Shown: positions 53,651 through 63,601, counted from the stretch's first letter. The stretch: DNA of 64,000 nt from an uncultured Acidobacteriota bacterium (GCA_964396875.1 CAYNHK010000002.1:1015-65014); one strand, 5' to 3'. Notes: generated by a model not told the origin, from the sequence alone. Numbers and translations: made by a program.

Positions 53651-55336
53651 ATGCGCATGGGCGAAAGATCGATCAAGGCGGGCCTGGTGAGGAACGCCGG
53701 GGTGAACTTCGGCCTGGTTCTGACCATGGGCGCCGTGGTCTTCTTTTTCGTGTCGGTGTTCGGGGCGCGGCAGGACGAGACGGTCACAGCGCTCCGCCGC
53801 CTGCGAGCGATCTCGGACACCATGTCGACCCTCCAGTCCCTGAACGTGCCCGGCAACGACGCGCTCGAGGATTGGGATGCCGACCGCGCCGAAGCAGCGT
53901 TTGCGGCGGCCCAGGCTGAGTTCGCCCGCGCGGACGCGGCGACCGCCCTCGCCTTCTCCACCAACCCGGTCCTTCTCGGCCGATACGCGGAGGCGAAGCA
54001 GGCCCTTCCCGCGATGATCGAGAAGACGCGCGCGGTCTTCGACGCGGTGCGGCGCCGCAACGCCGCCCTGGCCGCGCGAGACACCCGGCTTCTCCAGGTC
54101 GCAACGAATGAGGCCGGGGCGGCGATGGCCCAGATGGATCAGGCCTTCACGAGGGTGAATACCGGTCTGCGCGAGATGCAACAGGAGGGTTCGGTCGACG
54201 CCGAAGCGGGCCTCGCGGACGGGGCGGCCGCTCTCACCCGCGCCCGATACGTCGCGGGCGCCCTGGTCGTTCTCATCGCCATCGTTTCGTTTTACCGGGC
54301 CCGCGTCCTGGTTTCCCAGATCGCAATGCCGCTCACGCGGGTCACGGAGGTTCTCCGGTCCGTTTCCCAGGGCGACTTCGACCGGGAGCTTCCCGCCCAC
54401 CATTCCGAGGACGAAGTCGGCCAGCTGCATCGGGTCTGCGAGGGCCTGCTCGGGTTTCTCAAGGGAGTCGAAGCCGGCGCTCATCGCATGGCGAACGGCG
54501 ATTTGACCGAGCGCATGCAACCTCGCTCGGACCGGGACCGATTGAGCCGGGCCTGGAACGAGATGGCGGATCGGCTCACCACCACCTTCGGCGAATTGCG
54601 GTCCGCCGCGCAATCTCTCAGTCTTGCCGCGTCGCACCTGGCTTCATCATCGAACGCGGTGTCGCACGGCACGGCGCAACAGGCCGCTTCGGTCGAGGAG
54701 AGCACCGCGAGCCTCGAAGAGATGAGCGCGTCCATCACCCAGAACGCGGAAAGCAGCCGCCACCTCGAGGCCATGGCCCTTCACGGCGCCGCCCAGGCGG
54801 AGGAGTCGGCGACCGCGGTGGACAAGACGGTCGACGCGATGCGCACCATCGCGGAACGGATCTCGATCATCCAGGACATCGCCTATCAGACGAACCTGCT
54901 CGCCTTGAACGCCGCCATCGAAGCCGCCCGCGCGGGCGATCACGGCCGGGGCTTCGCGGTCGTGGCGGGTGAGATTCGACGCCTCGCCGAGCGAAGCCAG
55001 AACGCGGCGCGCCAGATTTCCGACCTTACGGGTAAGAGCCTCGGCATCGCCGCTCAGTCCAGGATGAAGCTCGCTTCGCTTGCCCCCTCGATCCGCCGGA
55101 CCGCGGACGTGGTCCAGGAGGTCGCGGCCGCCTCCGCCGAGCAGTCGAGCGGTGTCTCGCAGCTGAACAAGGCCATGGCCCAGGTCGACCACGTGACCCA
55201 GTCGAACGCCTCCGCGGCGGAGGAACTGGCGTCCACCGCGGAAGAACTCATGAGGCACGCCGACGACCTCGAGAGGAAGATCACGTTCTTCAGGCTCGCC
55301 CAGGCCCCGACCCCTGCCGTCGAAGGAGTCGCTTAG
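53651..55336 (+). CDS. Methyl-accepting chemotaxis protein (2 TM, periplasmic helical domain, HAMP, signalling domain)
   Basis: The ATG at 53651 was chosen. TM1 is [17 protein letters not shown] and TM2 is [20 protein letters not shown] domain is present ([21 protein letters not shown]). The conserved hairpin is [40 protein letters not shown]. Confidence 0.95.
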   Translation: MRMGERSIKAGLVRNAGVNFGLVLTMGAVVFFFVSVFGARQDETVTALRRLRAISDTMSTLQSLNVPGNDALEDWDADRAEAAFAAAQAEFARADAATALAFSTNPVLLGRYAEAKQALPAMIEKTRAVFDAVRRRNAALAARDTRLLQVATNEAGAAMAQMDQAFTRVNTGLREMQQEGSVDAEAGLADGAAALTRARYVAGALVVLIAIVSFYRARVLVSQIAMPLTRVTEVLRSVSQGDFDRELPAHHSEDEVGQLHRVCEGLLGFLKGVEAGAHRMANGDLTERMQPRSDRDRLSRAWNEMADRLTTTFGELRSAAQSLSLAASHLASSSNAVSHGTAQQAASVEESTASLEEMSASITQNAESSRHLEAMALHGAAQAEESATAVDKTVDAMRTIAERISIIQDIAYQTNLLALNAAIEAARAGDHGRGFAVVAGEIRRLAERSQNAARQISDLTGKSLGIAAQSRMKLASLAPSIRRTADVVQEVAAASAEQSSGVSQLNKAMAQVDHVTQSNASAAEELASTAEELMRHADDLERKITFFRLAQAPTPAVEGVA

Positions 55337-55438
55337 AGCGCAAACCCCTCACTGCCCGACGGAGCGTCACCTCAACTATCATCCGCGTCCAGCCCCAAAG
55401 CCGCTTCCTTTCTACGACTCACCGGAAACACGCCTCCC

Positions 55439-55810
55439 ATGTCAAAAAAGACTCTCCTGGTCGTCGACGACTCGCCCACCGCATTGATGATGAACACGAT
55501 GCTCCTGGGACGCCAGCCCTACAACATCGTCTCGGCCAAGGATGGCCAGGAGGCGGTCGACAAGGCCATAGCCTCACCGCCCGACCTTGTGGTCATGGAC
55601 GTGATGATGCCCCGAATGAACGGCATCGAGGCCTGCCGGGCCCTGCGGCAGCACGAGGCGACGCGCCTCATCCCGGTCATCCTCATCACCACACGGGGCG
55701 AGGAGGAATACGTTGCCCAGGGGTTCGCCGCCGGTTGCAATGACTACGTCACCAAGCCCGTGAACGCGACCGAACTCGTCGCCAAAGTTCGCGCCCTTCT
55801 CGGAGAGTAG
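55439..55810 (+). CDS. cheY: CheY-like single-domain response regulator
   Basis: Motifs present are LLVVDDSPT, DLVVMDVMMPRMNG, ILITT and DYVTKP. Confidence 0.9.
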   Translation: MSKKTLLVVDDSPTALMMNTMLLGRQPYNIVSAKDGQEAVDKAIASPPDLVVMDVMMPRMNGIEACRALRQHEATRLIPVILITTRGEEEYVAQGFAAGCNDYVTKPVNATELVAKVRALLGE

Positions 55811-55815
55811 GCGAA

Positions 55816-56550
55816 ATGACGCCTCCCAACAAGAGCGCCTTCGTCCAGAAACTCACCGCCTCGGCTCAGAAGCATGCCGAGGAGCTCTTCGAGCAGAACG
55901 AGCGCTTGAAGTCGCTCGTCGCCTCGCTCGAGGAAAAGCAGACGCAGATCTCCGAGGAACTCTCGAGCCTGCGCGAGGAGCGCGATGCCTTGCGCGCCGA
56001 ACGGGGAAAGCTCAAGCACGTCCTCGACGAGGCCCTGGCCCAGAACCGCCGGGACATCGAGCGCTCGGCCCTGGTCGAGCAGCAGTGCACGAGCCTCGCG
56101 AACCTCTATGTCGCGACCTTCAAGCTGCACGGCTCGCTCGAGCGGGCGGACGTGCTCGCCGCCATCAGCGAGATCGTCGTGAACCTCGTGGGTTGCGAGA
56201 ATTTCGGCGTGTTCGAACGATCGGGCGACGCCCTCAGACTCATCGGCGAGTTCCCCTCCCACCCTTGCGCCATCAAGGAGATACCCGCGACCAGCGGTTT
56301 CGTGACCGACATCTTCAACAGCTCCGGCCCGTGGATCGGGGGCCGCGATCCGCTCCCTGCCTCCCCCGTCCCACCGGAAGTGACCGCCGTCATCCCCCTG
56401 CGCCTGCGCTCGGAGTTGACCGGCGCAGTGGTTCTTTTCTCTCTGCTGCCGCAGAAAGGCGGGAGCTTCGGCGACGTGGACATCGAACTCATGGACCTCC
56501 TCACCGCTCATGCGGCCACGGCCCTGTTCGCGTCGCGCTCGAACGCCTGA
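55816..56550 (+). CDS. Coiled-coil plus GAF-like domain protein (che-cluster accessory, copy 1)
   Basis: The N-terminal roughly 95 aa are heptad-rich (LEEKQTQISEELSSLREERDALRAERGKLKHVL). The C-terminal block is LANLYVATFKLHGSLERADVLAAISEIVVNLVGCENFGVFE...DLLTAHAATALFASR. It is a paralogue of 61313..62131. Confidence 0.6.
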   Translation: MTPPNKSAFVQKLTASAQKHAEELFEQNERLKSLVASLEEKQTQISEELSSLREERDALRAERGKLKHVLDEALAQNRRDIERSALVEQQCTSLANLYVATFKLHGSLERADVLAAISEIVVNLVGCENFGVFERSGDALRLIGEFPSHPCAIKEIPATSGFVTDIFNSSGPWIGGRDPLPASPVPPEVTAVIPLRLRSELTGAVVLFSLLPQKGGSFGDVDIELMDLLTAHAATALFASRSNA

Positions 56551-56568
56551 TCGCTCCACGGCGAAAAG

Positions 56569-57078
56569 ATGAAGCAGATCTTTCTGCTGCCGGGACAGTG
56601 GGCGGTCCCCCATGAACCGTCGGAACTCACGACGATCCTCGGCCCCTGCGTTGCGGTCTGCCTCTTCGATCGGGTCCGGGCGATGGGGGGCATGAACCAC
56701 TTCCTTCTCGCAGTCGGCGGATCTTCACGCGACCGAAGTCGTTACGGTGACACCTCCTGCGAGGATCTGGTTCAGTGCTTCTTCGCATCGGGGTCGCGAC
56801 CGGCGGACCTCGAGGCCAGAATCGTGGGAGGCGCAAATGTCGGACGCCTCTCCGTGCCCGAAGGCGAAAGCCTGGGAGAGAGGAACGCCGAGATGGCGCG
56901 CAGCGTCCTGCGCCGTCACGGCATCGCCGTCGGATTCGAGGACACGGGCGGCCCGAATGCGCGCCGGCTGCGCTTCCGCAGCGGCATCGGCGTGCTGGAG
57001 GTGAAGACGATCGACGGGGCGACGTCCTCGATCGCGACCATCGCCGCCGGTCCGGAAGCCAGGGCGGCCACACGATGA
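56569..57078 (+). CDS. cheD: Chemoreceptor glutamine deamidase CheD
   Basis: The motifs LTTILGPCVAVCLFD......GGMNHFLL and RIVGGAN fit CheD. Confidence 0.85.
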   Translation: MKQIFLLPGQWAVPHEPSELTTILGPCVAVCLFDRVRAMGGMNHFLLAVGGSSRDRSRYGDTSCEDLVQCFFASGSRPADLEARIVGGANVGRLSVPEGESLGERNAEMARSVLRRHGIAVGFEDTGGPNARRLRFRSGIGVLEVKTIDGATSSIATIAAGPEARAATR

Positions 57079-57112
57079 GGCCCGCGATCCTGCCGAGCGG
57101 GAATCGCAACCG

Positions 57113-58807
57113 ATGACCGACGACGTCGATTGGGAACGCCTCCGGCAGGTCCACCTCGCCGAGTCGGAGGAGCGTCTGGTCACGATGGAATCCGCGATCC
57201 TCGATCTCGAGCGGAATCCGGAGAGCGAAGCCCCGATCGAGGCGCTGCAGCGCGACGCCCACACCCTCAAGGGTAACGCGGGGATCTTCGGCTTCGATTC
57301 GATCGCCCACCTCGCTCACGCCTTCGAAGACGCGCTCGCCGCGGTCAAGGCCGGGATCCGGAATCGGCAGCCCGCGGACAAGGAAGCGATCGGGGTCCTG
57401 CTCAAGGGCGTCGATGCCTTCCGCGAGGGCCTGCCCCTGGCTCAGCCCGGCGATCAGATGTCCCCCGCCCAGGAGTCGCTCGCGGTGGAACTCAGGACCC
57501 TCGGCGCCTTCGGCGCGCCCGCCGCCCCCGAGGCTTCCAAGGAAAAGCGGCCCCGATCCCGGGGACGACGCGCCAGCGACCGCGCGGCGGGCCAGGAAGA
57601 CAGCGGCGCCGATACCCGCGAAGCGGGGGCCGAAGACTCCCGGGCCGCCCGTCCCACCCTCCGCATCGAGGTGGCCCGCGTCGACTCGCTGGTCGAACTG
57701 GCCAGCGAGATTTCGGTGTCGCGCGGGCGCATCGAGAACCTTCTCTCCTCTCCCACCATGCCCGAAGCCGCCCGCGCCGTGCTCGAAGAGGCGGTGCCTC
57801 TGCTCGGTCAACTCTCCGATCTCGCCATGCGGATGCGCCTGGTTCCCCTCGGCCCCATCCTGGCGTCGCACCGACGAACCGCGCGCGACGCTTCGCAGAG
57901 CCTTGGCAAGGAGGTTTCGCTGCACATTTCCGGGGAAGAGGTCGAAATCGATCTCGCCCTCGTCGACCGGGTGAGCGAAGCTCTTCTCCACCTCGTCCGC
58001 AACGCAGTGGCTCACGGGATCGAAGATCCCGCGACGCGCCGCGCGATCGGCAAGCCCCCGGTAGGACGCGTGAACCTCAGTGCCGCGCCCGCCGCCGGTC
58101 AGGTGGTGATCGACGTCCAGGATGATGGCGGAGGTCTCGACCTGGACGCGATCAGACGGCGCGCCGAGTCCCTCGGAATTCCCGCGTCCGGCGACGATCG
58201 CGAAATCGCCCAGCTGGTGTTCGCGAAGGGGCTGACCACTGCCGCCGAACTTTCAGAGGTCTCGGGGAGAGGGGTCGGCCTCGATTCCGTGAAGTCTTCG
58301 ATCGAAGCTCTCGCCGGCTCGATCGAGGTGCACTCCGAGCCAGGGGTCGGCACGCTCTTCCGGGTCCGCCTCCCCTTGACTCTCGCCGTGGTTCGCGGGC
58401 TTCTCGTGAAGGTTGCGAACCATCGCTATGTGATTCCTATCGACATGGTCCAGGAGTGCCTCGCGACTCCCGAAGGGCTGTCCTTCCAGGCCAACGGCAC
58501 GGGGCTCTTGAACCTCCCGTCGGGCATGGTGCCGGTTCTCAAACTTGGCGAGCAGATCCTCGGGTCGAAGGGGACGCTCAATCGCCACATCGTGGTGGTC
58601 GAGCACGCGGGACACCGGCTGGGCCTCATCGTCGACGCCCTGATCGGCGACGCCCCGGTCGTCGTGAAATCGATCAGTCGCGCCCTGCGCAGCGCAACGA
58701 GCATCTTCGGCGCCGCCATTCTGGGTGATGGCTATGTTGGACTCATCCTGGACATTCCTGACATCATGAAGCGCACGATGGCGCTGCGAGCCACGCAGAC
58801 GGCCTGA
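57113..58807 (+). CDS. cheA: Chemotaxis histidine kinase CheA (P1-P3-P4-P5; no recognisable P2)
   Basis: The HPt domain carries RDAHTLKGNAGIFGF. A charged linker follows. The dimerisation region is RIEVARVDSLVELASEI. The HATPase region shows HLVRNAVAHGIE, DDGGGLD and GRGVGLD. A CheW-like C-terminus is present (YVIPIDMV.E). Confidence 0.95.
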   Translation: MTDDVDWERLRQVHLAESEERLVTMESAILDLERNPESEAPIEALQRDAHTLKGNAGIFGFDSIAHLAHAFEDALAAVKAGIRNRQPADKEAIGVLLKGVDAFREGLPLAQPGDQMSPAQESLAVELRTLGAFGAPAAPEASKEKRPRSRGRRASDRAAGQEDSGADTREAGAEDSRAARPTLRIEVARVDSLVELASEISVSRGRIENLLSSPTMPEAARAVLEEAVPLLGQLSDLAMRMRLVPLGPILASHRRTARDASQSLGKEVSLHISGEEVEIDLALVDRVSEALLHLVRNAVAHGIEDPATRRAIGKPPVGRVNLSAAPAAGQVVIDVQDDGGGLDLDAIRRRAESLGIPASGDDREIAQLVFAKGLTTAAELSEVSGRGVGLDSVKSSIEALAGSIEVHSEPGVGTLFRVRLPLTLAVVRGLLVKVANHRYVIPIDMVQECLATPEGLSFQANGTGLLNLPSGMVPVLKLGEQILGSKGTLNRHIVVVEHAGHRLGLIVDALIGDAPVVVKSISRALRSATSIFGAAILGDGYVGLILDIPDIMKRTMALRATQTA

Positions 58808-58826
58808 GGCGACCCGAGACAAACCC

Positions 58827-59354
58827 ATGACCTTCACTCGCCCATCTCTCTCCGCGCCCACCCCCGCCGCTCAGAAAACCGTCGTCTCGATGCTCCGGTG
58901 CACCATCGGGCAGGGCCAGTACCTGCTGCCCCTCGCCAAGGTCCTGGAGATCATCCGGTACGTCATCCCCACCCCTGTCCCCCAGACGCCCCCGTGGGTC
59001 AGCGGCGTGATGAACCTTCGCGGGCGGGTGATCCCGGTGATGGACCTCGCGGTGAAGTTCGGCGAAGTCGCCTGCGTGCCGGACGAGTGGACGTGCATCG
59101 TTCTCGTCGACGCGGATCTTCTCGGGGAGAGCACCATCCTTGGCGTGGTGACGACACTCGTGAGCGAGATCCACGACCTCCAGCCCCAGGACCTCGAGCC
59201 GCCTCCCTCGGTCGGCACGCAGATCCGGGTGGAGTTCCTCCAGGGCCTGTTCAAACTCGAGCAGGGTTTTGCCCTGGCCCTGGACATCGACCGGGTTTTG
59301 TCCTCGAACGAGAAGGTCGCGGTTCGCGAACTCGCCGCGGAGACGCCCGCGTAG
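58827..59354 (+). CDS. cheW: CheW coupling protein
   Basis: The CheW-domain pattern is visible (YLLPLAKVLEIIRY...P..PPWV.GVMNLRGRVIPVMDLAVKFG). Confidence 0.9.
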   Translation: MTFTRPSLSAPTPAAQKTVVSMLRCTIGQGQYLLPLAKVLEIIRYVIPTPVPQTPPWVSGVMNLRGRVIPVMDLAVKFGEVACVPDEWTCIVLVDADLLGESTILGVVTTLVSEIHDLQPQDLEPPPSVGTQIRVEFLQGLFKLEQGFALALDIDRVLSSNEKVAVRELAAETPA

Positions 59355-59408
59355 TGACCGCCTGCCCCTCGGCCGGACCCACGCCGCACGACCGGTAGCC
59401 GGACCACG

Positions 59409-60278
59409 ATGGAACGCGCGAGTTCGCCGGCGCACGCGGATCCAAACCTGCTGCCGGAACTGGGGCCGCGCGAATTCGAGCAGATCCGGAAACTCATGGA
59501 GAAAGAGACCGGCGTTCACCTGACCGAGGCCAAGGGCGCCCTGGTCATGGCCCGGCTGGGACGCCGCCTCCGCGAACTGCGGATCAAGTCTTACCGCGAA
59601 TACCTGGCCCACCTCCACGCCAACCCGGAGAAGGAGATCGGCGAACTCGTCGATCGCCTTCTCACCAACGAAACCCGCCTGTTCCGGGAAGGCTGGCAGT
59701 TCGACTACCTCGAACAGACGATCATCCCTCAGCTGCGCAAGGATGCGAGCGCCAACCTCGACCGAAGCTTGAGGGTGTGGTCGGCGGCCTGCTCCACCGG
59801 TGAGGAACCGGCCAGTCTGGCCGCGGTTCTGGACAAACACTTCCCCGTACATGAAGGCTACCGGGTCACGATCCTCGCCACGGATCTCTCCTCGCGCGCG
59901 CTCGCCGCCGCGCGCACCCTCACTTTCCCGATCGCCCGCGCCAAGGATGTCCCCGCGGCGTACGCGAGACAGTTCGAGGACGTGGGGACGGACCATGTGC
60001 GGCTGAAGAAGTCCGCCGCGCAGCTCGTCCAGTTCCAGGCCATGAACCTGCTGGCCCCGACCGTAGCCTCCGGGCAGTTCGACCTCGTTCTGTGTCGCAA
60101 CGTCCTCATCTATTTCACGCGCGAGACCAAGCGCCTGGTCATCGATCACATGTGGCGGTCCCTCAAGCCGGGCGGCCACCTGTTCGTGGGCCACGCGGAG
60201 AGCCTGGTTGGCGTGATCGAGGGGCAGCGCCCGATCAAACCCGCGATCTACCGCAAGCCTCCGGCGGCTCGCACATGA
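59409..60278 (+). CDS. cheR: Chemotaxis methyltransferase CheR
   Basis: Motifs present are LTNETRLFRE, LRVWSAACSTGEEP.SLA and FDLVLCRNVLIYF. Confidence 0.95.
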   Translation: MERASSPAHADPNLLPELGPREFEQIRKLMEKETGVHLTEAKGALVMARLGRRLRELRIKSYREYLAHLHANPEKEIGELVDRLLTNETRLFREGWQFDYLEQTIIPQLRKDASANLDRSLRVWSAACSTGEEPASLAAVLDKHFPVHEGYRVTILATDLSSRALAAARTLTFPIARAKDVPAAYARQFEDVGTDHVRLKKSAAQLVQFQAMNLLAPTVASGQFDLVLCRNVLIYFTRETKRLVIDHMWRSLKPGGHLFVGHAESLVGVIEGQRPIKPAIYRKPPAART

Positions 60279-61303
60279 TCAACGTCCTCGTCGTCGACGA
60301 CTCGGCTCTGGTCCGCCAGACCCTGAAGGAACTGCTCGAGCGCTCGGGCGAGTTCGACGTGTCGCTCGCCGCCGATCCTTTCATCGCGGAGCGACGCATC
60401 GCCCTCAAACGGCCGCAGGTGATCGTCCTCGACATCGAGATGCCGGGCATGGACGGTCTCACCTTCCTCACCCGCCTGATGGCGACCGATCCGATTCCGG
60501 TCGTGATCTGCTCCGCCCGGGCCGGTGAAGACGCGGCGGTGGCGATCGAAGCCCTCGCCCGTGGCGCGATCGACGTGCTGCCCAAGCCGCGGCTGTCGGT
60601 CAAGGATTTCCTGAGCGACACCGCGACGCTGCTCGTCGACACGGTCCGCGCCGCCGCCTCTTCCAAACGCGGAGCCCCTCCTCTTCGCACGCCGCGAGCG
60701 CCGGTCACCGAAGTGGCGAAGGGTGTCGCGAGTTCATGGGTGGTGGCGGTTGGAGCCTCGACCGGCGGCACCGAGGCGCTTGCCGTCGTCCTCGGCGCCC
60801 TGCCCCGCGAATCGCCGGCGGTGCTCGTGGTTCAGCACATGCCCGAGGGTTTCACGAAGGCGTTCGCGGGCCGGCTCAACGGACTCGCCCCGATGCAGGT
60901 CAAGGAAGCCGAGGATGGCGACCCGGTTCGACAGGGTCTGGTCCTCCTCGCCCCCGGGAACCGGCATATGTCGGTCGTCCGGGACGGCGCGCGCTTCGTG
61001 GTCCGGATCGATTCCGCTCCCCACGTCAATCGTCATCGGCCCAGCGTCGACGTCCTCTTCCGCTCGGTCGCGGAGACCTTCGGGCCGAGGAGCGTCGGCG
61101 TCCTGCTCACGGGAATGGGCAAGGACGGCGCCGTCGGTCTGCTGGAGATGAAGAACCGCGGCGCTCAGACCATCGCGCAAGACGAGAGCACATCGATCGT
61201 TTTCGGAATGCCGAAGGAGGCGATCGCGCTCGGCGCGGCCACCCGGATCCTGCCCCTTCAGAACGTGGGCGAAGGCATCCTCGACCTCCTGCCCAAGTCG
61301 TAG
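60275..61303 (+). CDS. cheB: Chemotaxis methylesterase/deamidase CheB (receiver plus esterase)
   Basis: The ATG at 60275 overlaps the cheR stop (ATGA). The receiver shows VLVVDDSALVR and VIVLDIEMPGMDG. The esterase shows VAVGASTGGTEAL, VVQHMP, HRPSVD and LTGMGKDG. Confidence 0.95.
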   Translation: MINVLVVDDSALVRQTLKELLERSGEFDVSLAADPFIAERRIALKRPQVIVLDIEMPGMDGLTFLTRLMATDPIPVVICSARAGEDAAVAIEALARGAIDVLPKPRLSVKDFLSDTATLLVDTVRAAASSKRGAPPLRTPRAPVTEVAKGVASSWVVAVGASTGGTEALAVVLGALPRESPAVLVVQHMPEGFTKAFAGRLNGLAPMQVKEAEDGDPVRQGLVLLAPGNRHMSVVRDGARFVVRIDSAPHVNRHRPSVDVLFRSVAETFGPRSVGVLLTGMGKDGAVGLLEMKNRGAQTIAQDESTSIVFGMPKEAIALGAATRILPLQNVGEGILDLLPKS

Positions 61304-61312
61304 GAGCTTCGG

Positions 61313-62131
61313 CTAGACGCCGGCCGGGCCCTTCAGCATGTCGATGAAGCCGCGCAGGGTCGCGAGCTTTCGCTCGGACGTCATGTGCAGGCGCGAAGCG
61401 TAGACCGCGGTCGCGGCCTGGGCGCCGAGGAGGCGGAAGAGTTCGAAGTCGAGTTCGCTGAAGGCGACCTTCTGCTGAAAGAGCTTGTGAATGCTGAGCA
61501 GGCCCACCACCACTCCCGAGAGGTCGAAGGGAATGACGGCCAGGGGCGCCTCGAAAGGAGTCGCCTCGGCGACCTTGGTGTCGCTCGCGAAATGCGGGAG
61601 ACCGGTCTCGAGGCAGGCCCCGATGATCCCTTCCCCTCGGCCGATGCTGCGCGTCGTCGCTTCCTGGCCTTCGGAGAGAACGAGCTCAGCCCGGCCCGTC
61701 TTCTCGTCGACGATGAAGAGATGAAAGGCTTCGGCGCCAACAAGGTTGGTGGCGATCTCCTGTATCGAGCGCAGGACCTCGGTGTGGTCGAGCGAGGCGT
61801 GCAGTTGCGAAGCCGCGACATGGAGGTTGGTGAGGAGGTTCACCTGTTCGCTCAAGTCGGTGAATCGCTGGGAGGTGTCGGTGAGCTGGGCGCGGGCGTC
61901 GGTGAGTTCGTCCTTCATCTGCGCGAACTCGCGGTCGAGCGCCATCCGATCCTCCTCGGACTTTCGGAGCCTGGCCTGGACATCCGCTTCCTGCGGATTG
62001 CCGCCGAGGGACTCGAAAGCGCGAAGGCAGGCCCGCAACTGCGCGTTTTCGCGCACGATGTCCTCGACCAGATCCTGGGTCTTGACGAAGAAGTCGGACA
62101 ACTCCCGGTATCGATTTGTTTGCTCAGCCAT
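61313..62131 (-). CDS. Coiled-coil plus GAF-like domain protein (che-cluster accessory, copy 2)
   Basis: An N-terminal coiled coil is present (RMALDREFAQMKDELTDARAQLTD). The block LTNLHVAASQLHASLDHTEVLRSIQEIATNLVGAEAFHLFIVDE...GEGIIG...LLGAQAATAVYASR aligns by eye with 55816..56550. Confidence 0.6.
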   Translation of the reverse strand: MAEQTNRYRELSDFFVKTQDLVEDIVRENAQLRACLRAFESLGGNPQEADVQARLRKSEEDRMALDREFAQMKDELTDARAQLTDTSQRFTDLSEQVNLLTNLHVAASQLHASLDHTEVLRSIQEIATNLVGAEAFHLFIVDEKTGRAELVLSEGQEATTRSIGRGEGIIGACLETGLPHFASDTKVAEATPFEAPLAVIPFDLSGVVVGLLSIHKLFQQKVAFSELDFELFRLLGAQAATAVYASRLHMTSERKLATLRGFIDMLKGPAGV

Positions 62132-62134
62132 CGA

Positions 62135-63601
62135 TTACCTGGGAATCGTACCCCTTTTGATGGTTCCGGTTCGAGACAGCTCCTGATCCCGCAGTTCCTC
62201 CAGCCTTCGGCCGGCTTCCTCGACGAACGCCTCGAGCGGGTCGAGACGGGTCAGGGCTTCGCCGGAGATCGGGTTGTCCACGAAGAGCAATGCCACGGCG
62301 TCCCCGTGAGCCCGAAGGGGAATCAGCGCCGCTTCAAGGGAGCGACCGCGCAGAATGGAGAGCGCCGACATCTCGCGCCAGAACACGGCATCGGTCACGA
62401 AACTCTGGGCCGCCCGGCCCTGGAGCGCCTCGGCGAAGGGCGAGGTATAGGCGGAAACCGTCAGATCGAAACCCATCGGGCCGAGGGGGAAACCCACGCC
62501 CGAGGCCGGGTAGAGGATGTCCTCGCTGCGGATCAGCAGAATCACGCGCTCGACCATTCCGCTCGCGACCCGCAGCAGGAGGTCGCGGATGCCGACGCTC
62601 TCACCGATGCAGCCGAGAAGATCGAGCCCGTCGATAAGGCCGATCGGCGAGGCTGAGGCCACCGAGCCCTGCGGCTTCCCGTCCGTCACCTGCTGCAAAA
62701 CGATGAGCAGCTTGCCGCAGAACGCGTCGAGATGTTTCTCAAAGAGAGTTTTGTTGAGGCGCCCAAGCGTGGGGCGGAAGACCACGCGGCGGGCGCCGGC
62801 CTGCCGGCCCTTGCGCACGATGTTCGGCTCGGGGTCGGGGGTCACGAGGACGATGCGAGGCGCGTTCGCGAAACCGCGCAGACGCATCGCGAGTTCGAGG
62901 CCTCCCGAGAGGTCGCCGCCGGTGGGATCGGGAATCGAGAGATCGATCACGGCGAGGAACATGGCTCCGGCCCGGCCCATCTGCTGGGCGAGCTGCAGCG
63001 CAGACTCGAGCGTTGCTGCGCCCACAACATCCTCGTATCCGTTCTCGACCAGCCGCTTCATGAGGAAGGTCCGCACGTCGGGCTCGTCGTCGACTACGAG
63101 GACCGAGGGGCGCAGATCAGAGGTCCTTGGCGCCGGAGCGGGCTTGGTCTCAAGGGCCGGAGCGGCTTCGGGGGCGGCGAGGGCGGTCGCGGCGTCGCGG
63201 CGGCTCTCGTCGAGTTCGCGGGCGAGATCGAGGAGGAGTTCCTGCGCGTCGACGCCCACCGACAACGTCTCGCGTTCCAGCGAATAGCCCTCGATCTGCT
63301 TGGGCACTTCGTTCGAGAGGACGAAGCCGAAGTTGCCGTCGCGGAGCCTTGAGAGCGCGCTCAGGTCGGCGGCGATGCCCGCGGTCAGGCGCTTCTCCCA
63401 CTCGGCGGGCGCCATGGCGGTGCGCGGCACACGCTCGGACGAACCGGGAGAGAAACAGGCCACCACTCGCCCGTTGCGGAAGACGATCGCGCCCACACCG
63501 ACCTCGGTTTCGACGCGGATGTAGCCCGTGCGCTGGGTGAACGCGACGATCTGGACGATGTCCAGAAGGGGAAGATCTTCGATCCGGCCGGACAGGCTCA
63601 A
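62135..63601 (-). CDS. DUF4388-type N-terminal domain plus receiver domain plus GAF-like C-terminal domain protein
   Basis: The N-terminus LSGRIEDLPLLDIVQIVAFTQRTGYIRVE shows the DUF4388 hallmark G.L.D.PL.DI.Q. The receiver domain shows VLVVDDEPDVR and AVIDLSIP. The C-terminal roughly 170 aa are GAF-like. The start is TTG. Confidence 0.6.
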   Translation of the reverse strand: MSLSGRIEDLPLLDIVQIVAFTQRTGYIRVETEVGVGAIVFRNGRVVACFSPGSSERVPRTAMAPAEWEKRLTAGIAADLSALSRLRDGNFGFVLSNEVPKQIEGYSLERETLSVGVDAQELLLDLARELDESRRDAATALAAPEAAPALETKPAPAPRTSDLRPSVLVVDDEPDVRTFLMKRLVENGYEDVVGAATLESALQLAQQMGRAGAMFLAVIDLSIPDPTGGDLSGGLELAMRLRGFANAPRIVLVTPDPEPNIVRKGRQAGARRVVFRPTLGRLNKTLFEKHLDAFCGKLLIVLQQVTDGKPQGSVASASPIGLIDGLDLLGCIGESVGIRDLLLRVASGMVERVILLIRSEDILYPASGVGFPLGPMGFDLTVSAYTSPFAEALQGRAAQSFVTDAVFWREMSALSILRGRSLEAALIPLRAHGDAVALLFVDNPISGEALTRLDPLEAFVEEAGRRLEELRDQELSRTGTIKRGTIPR

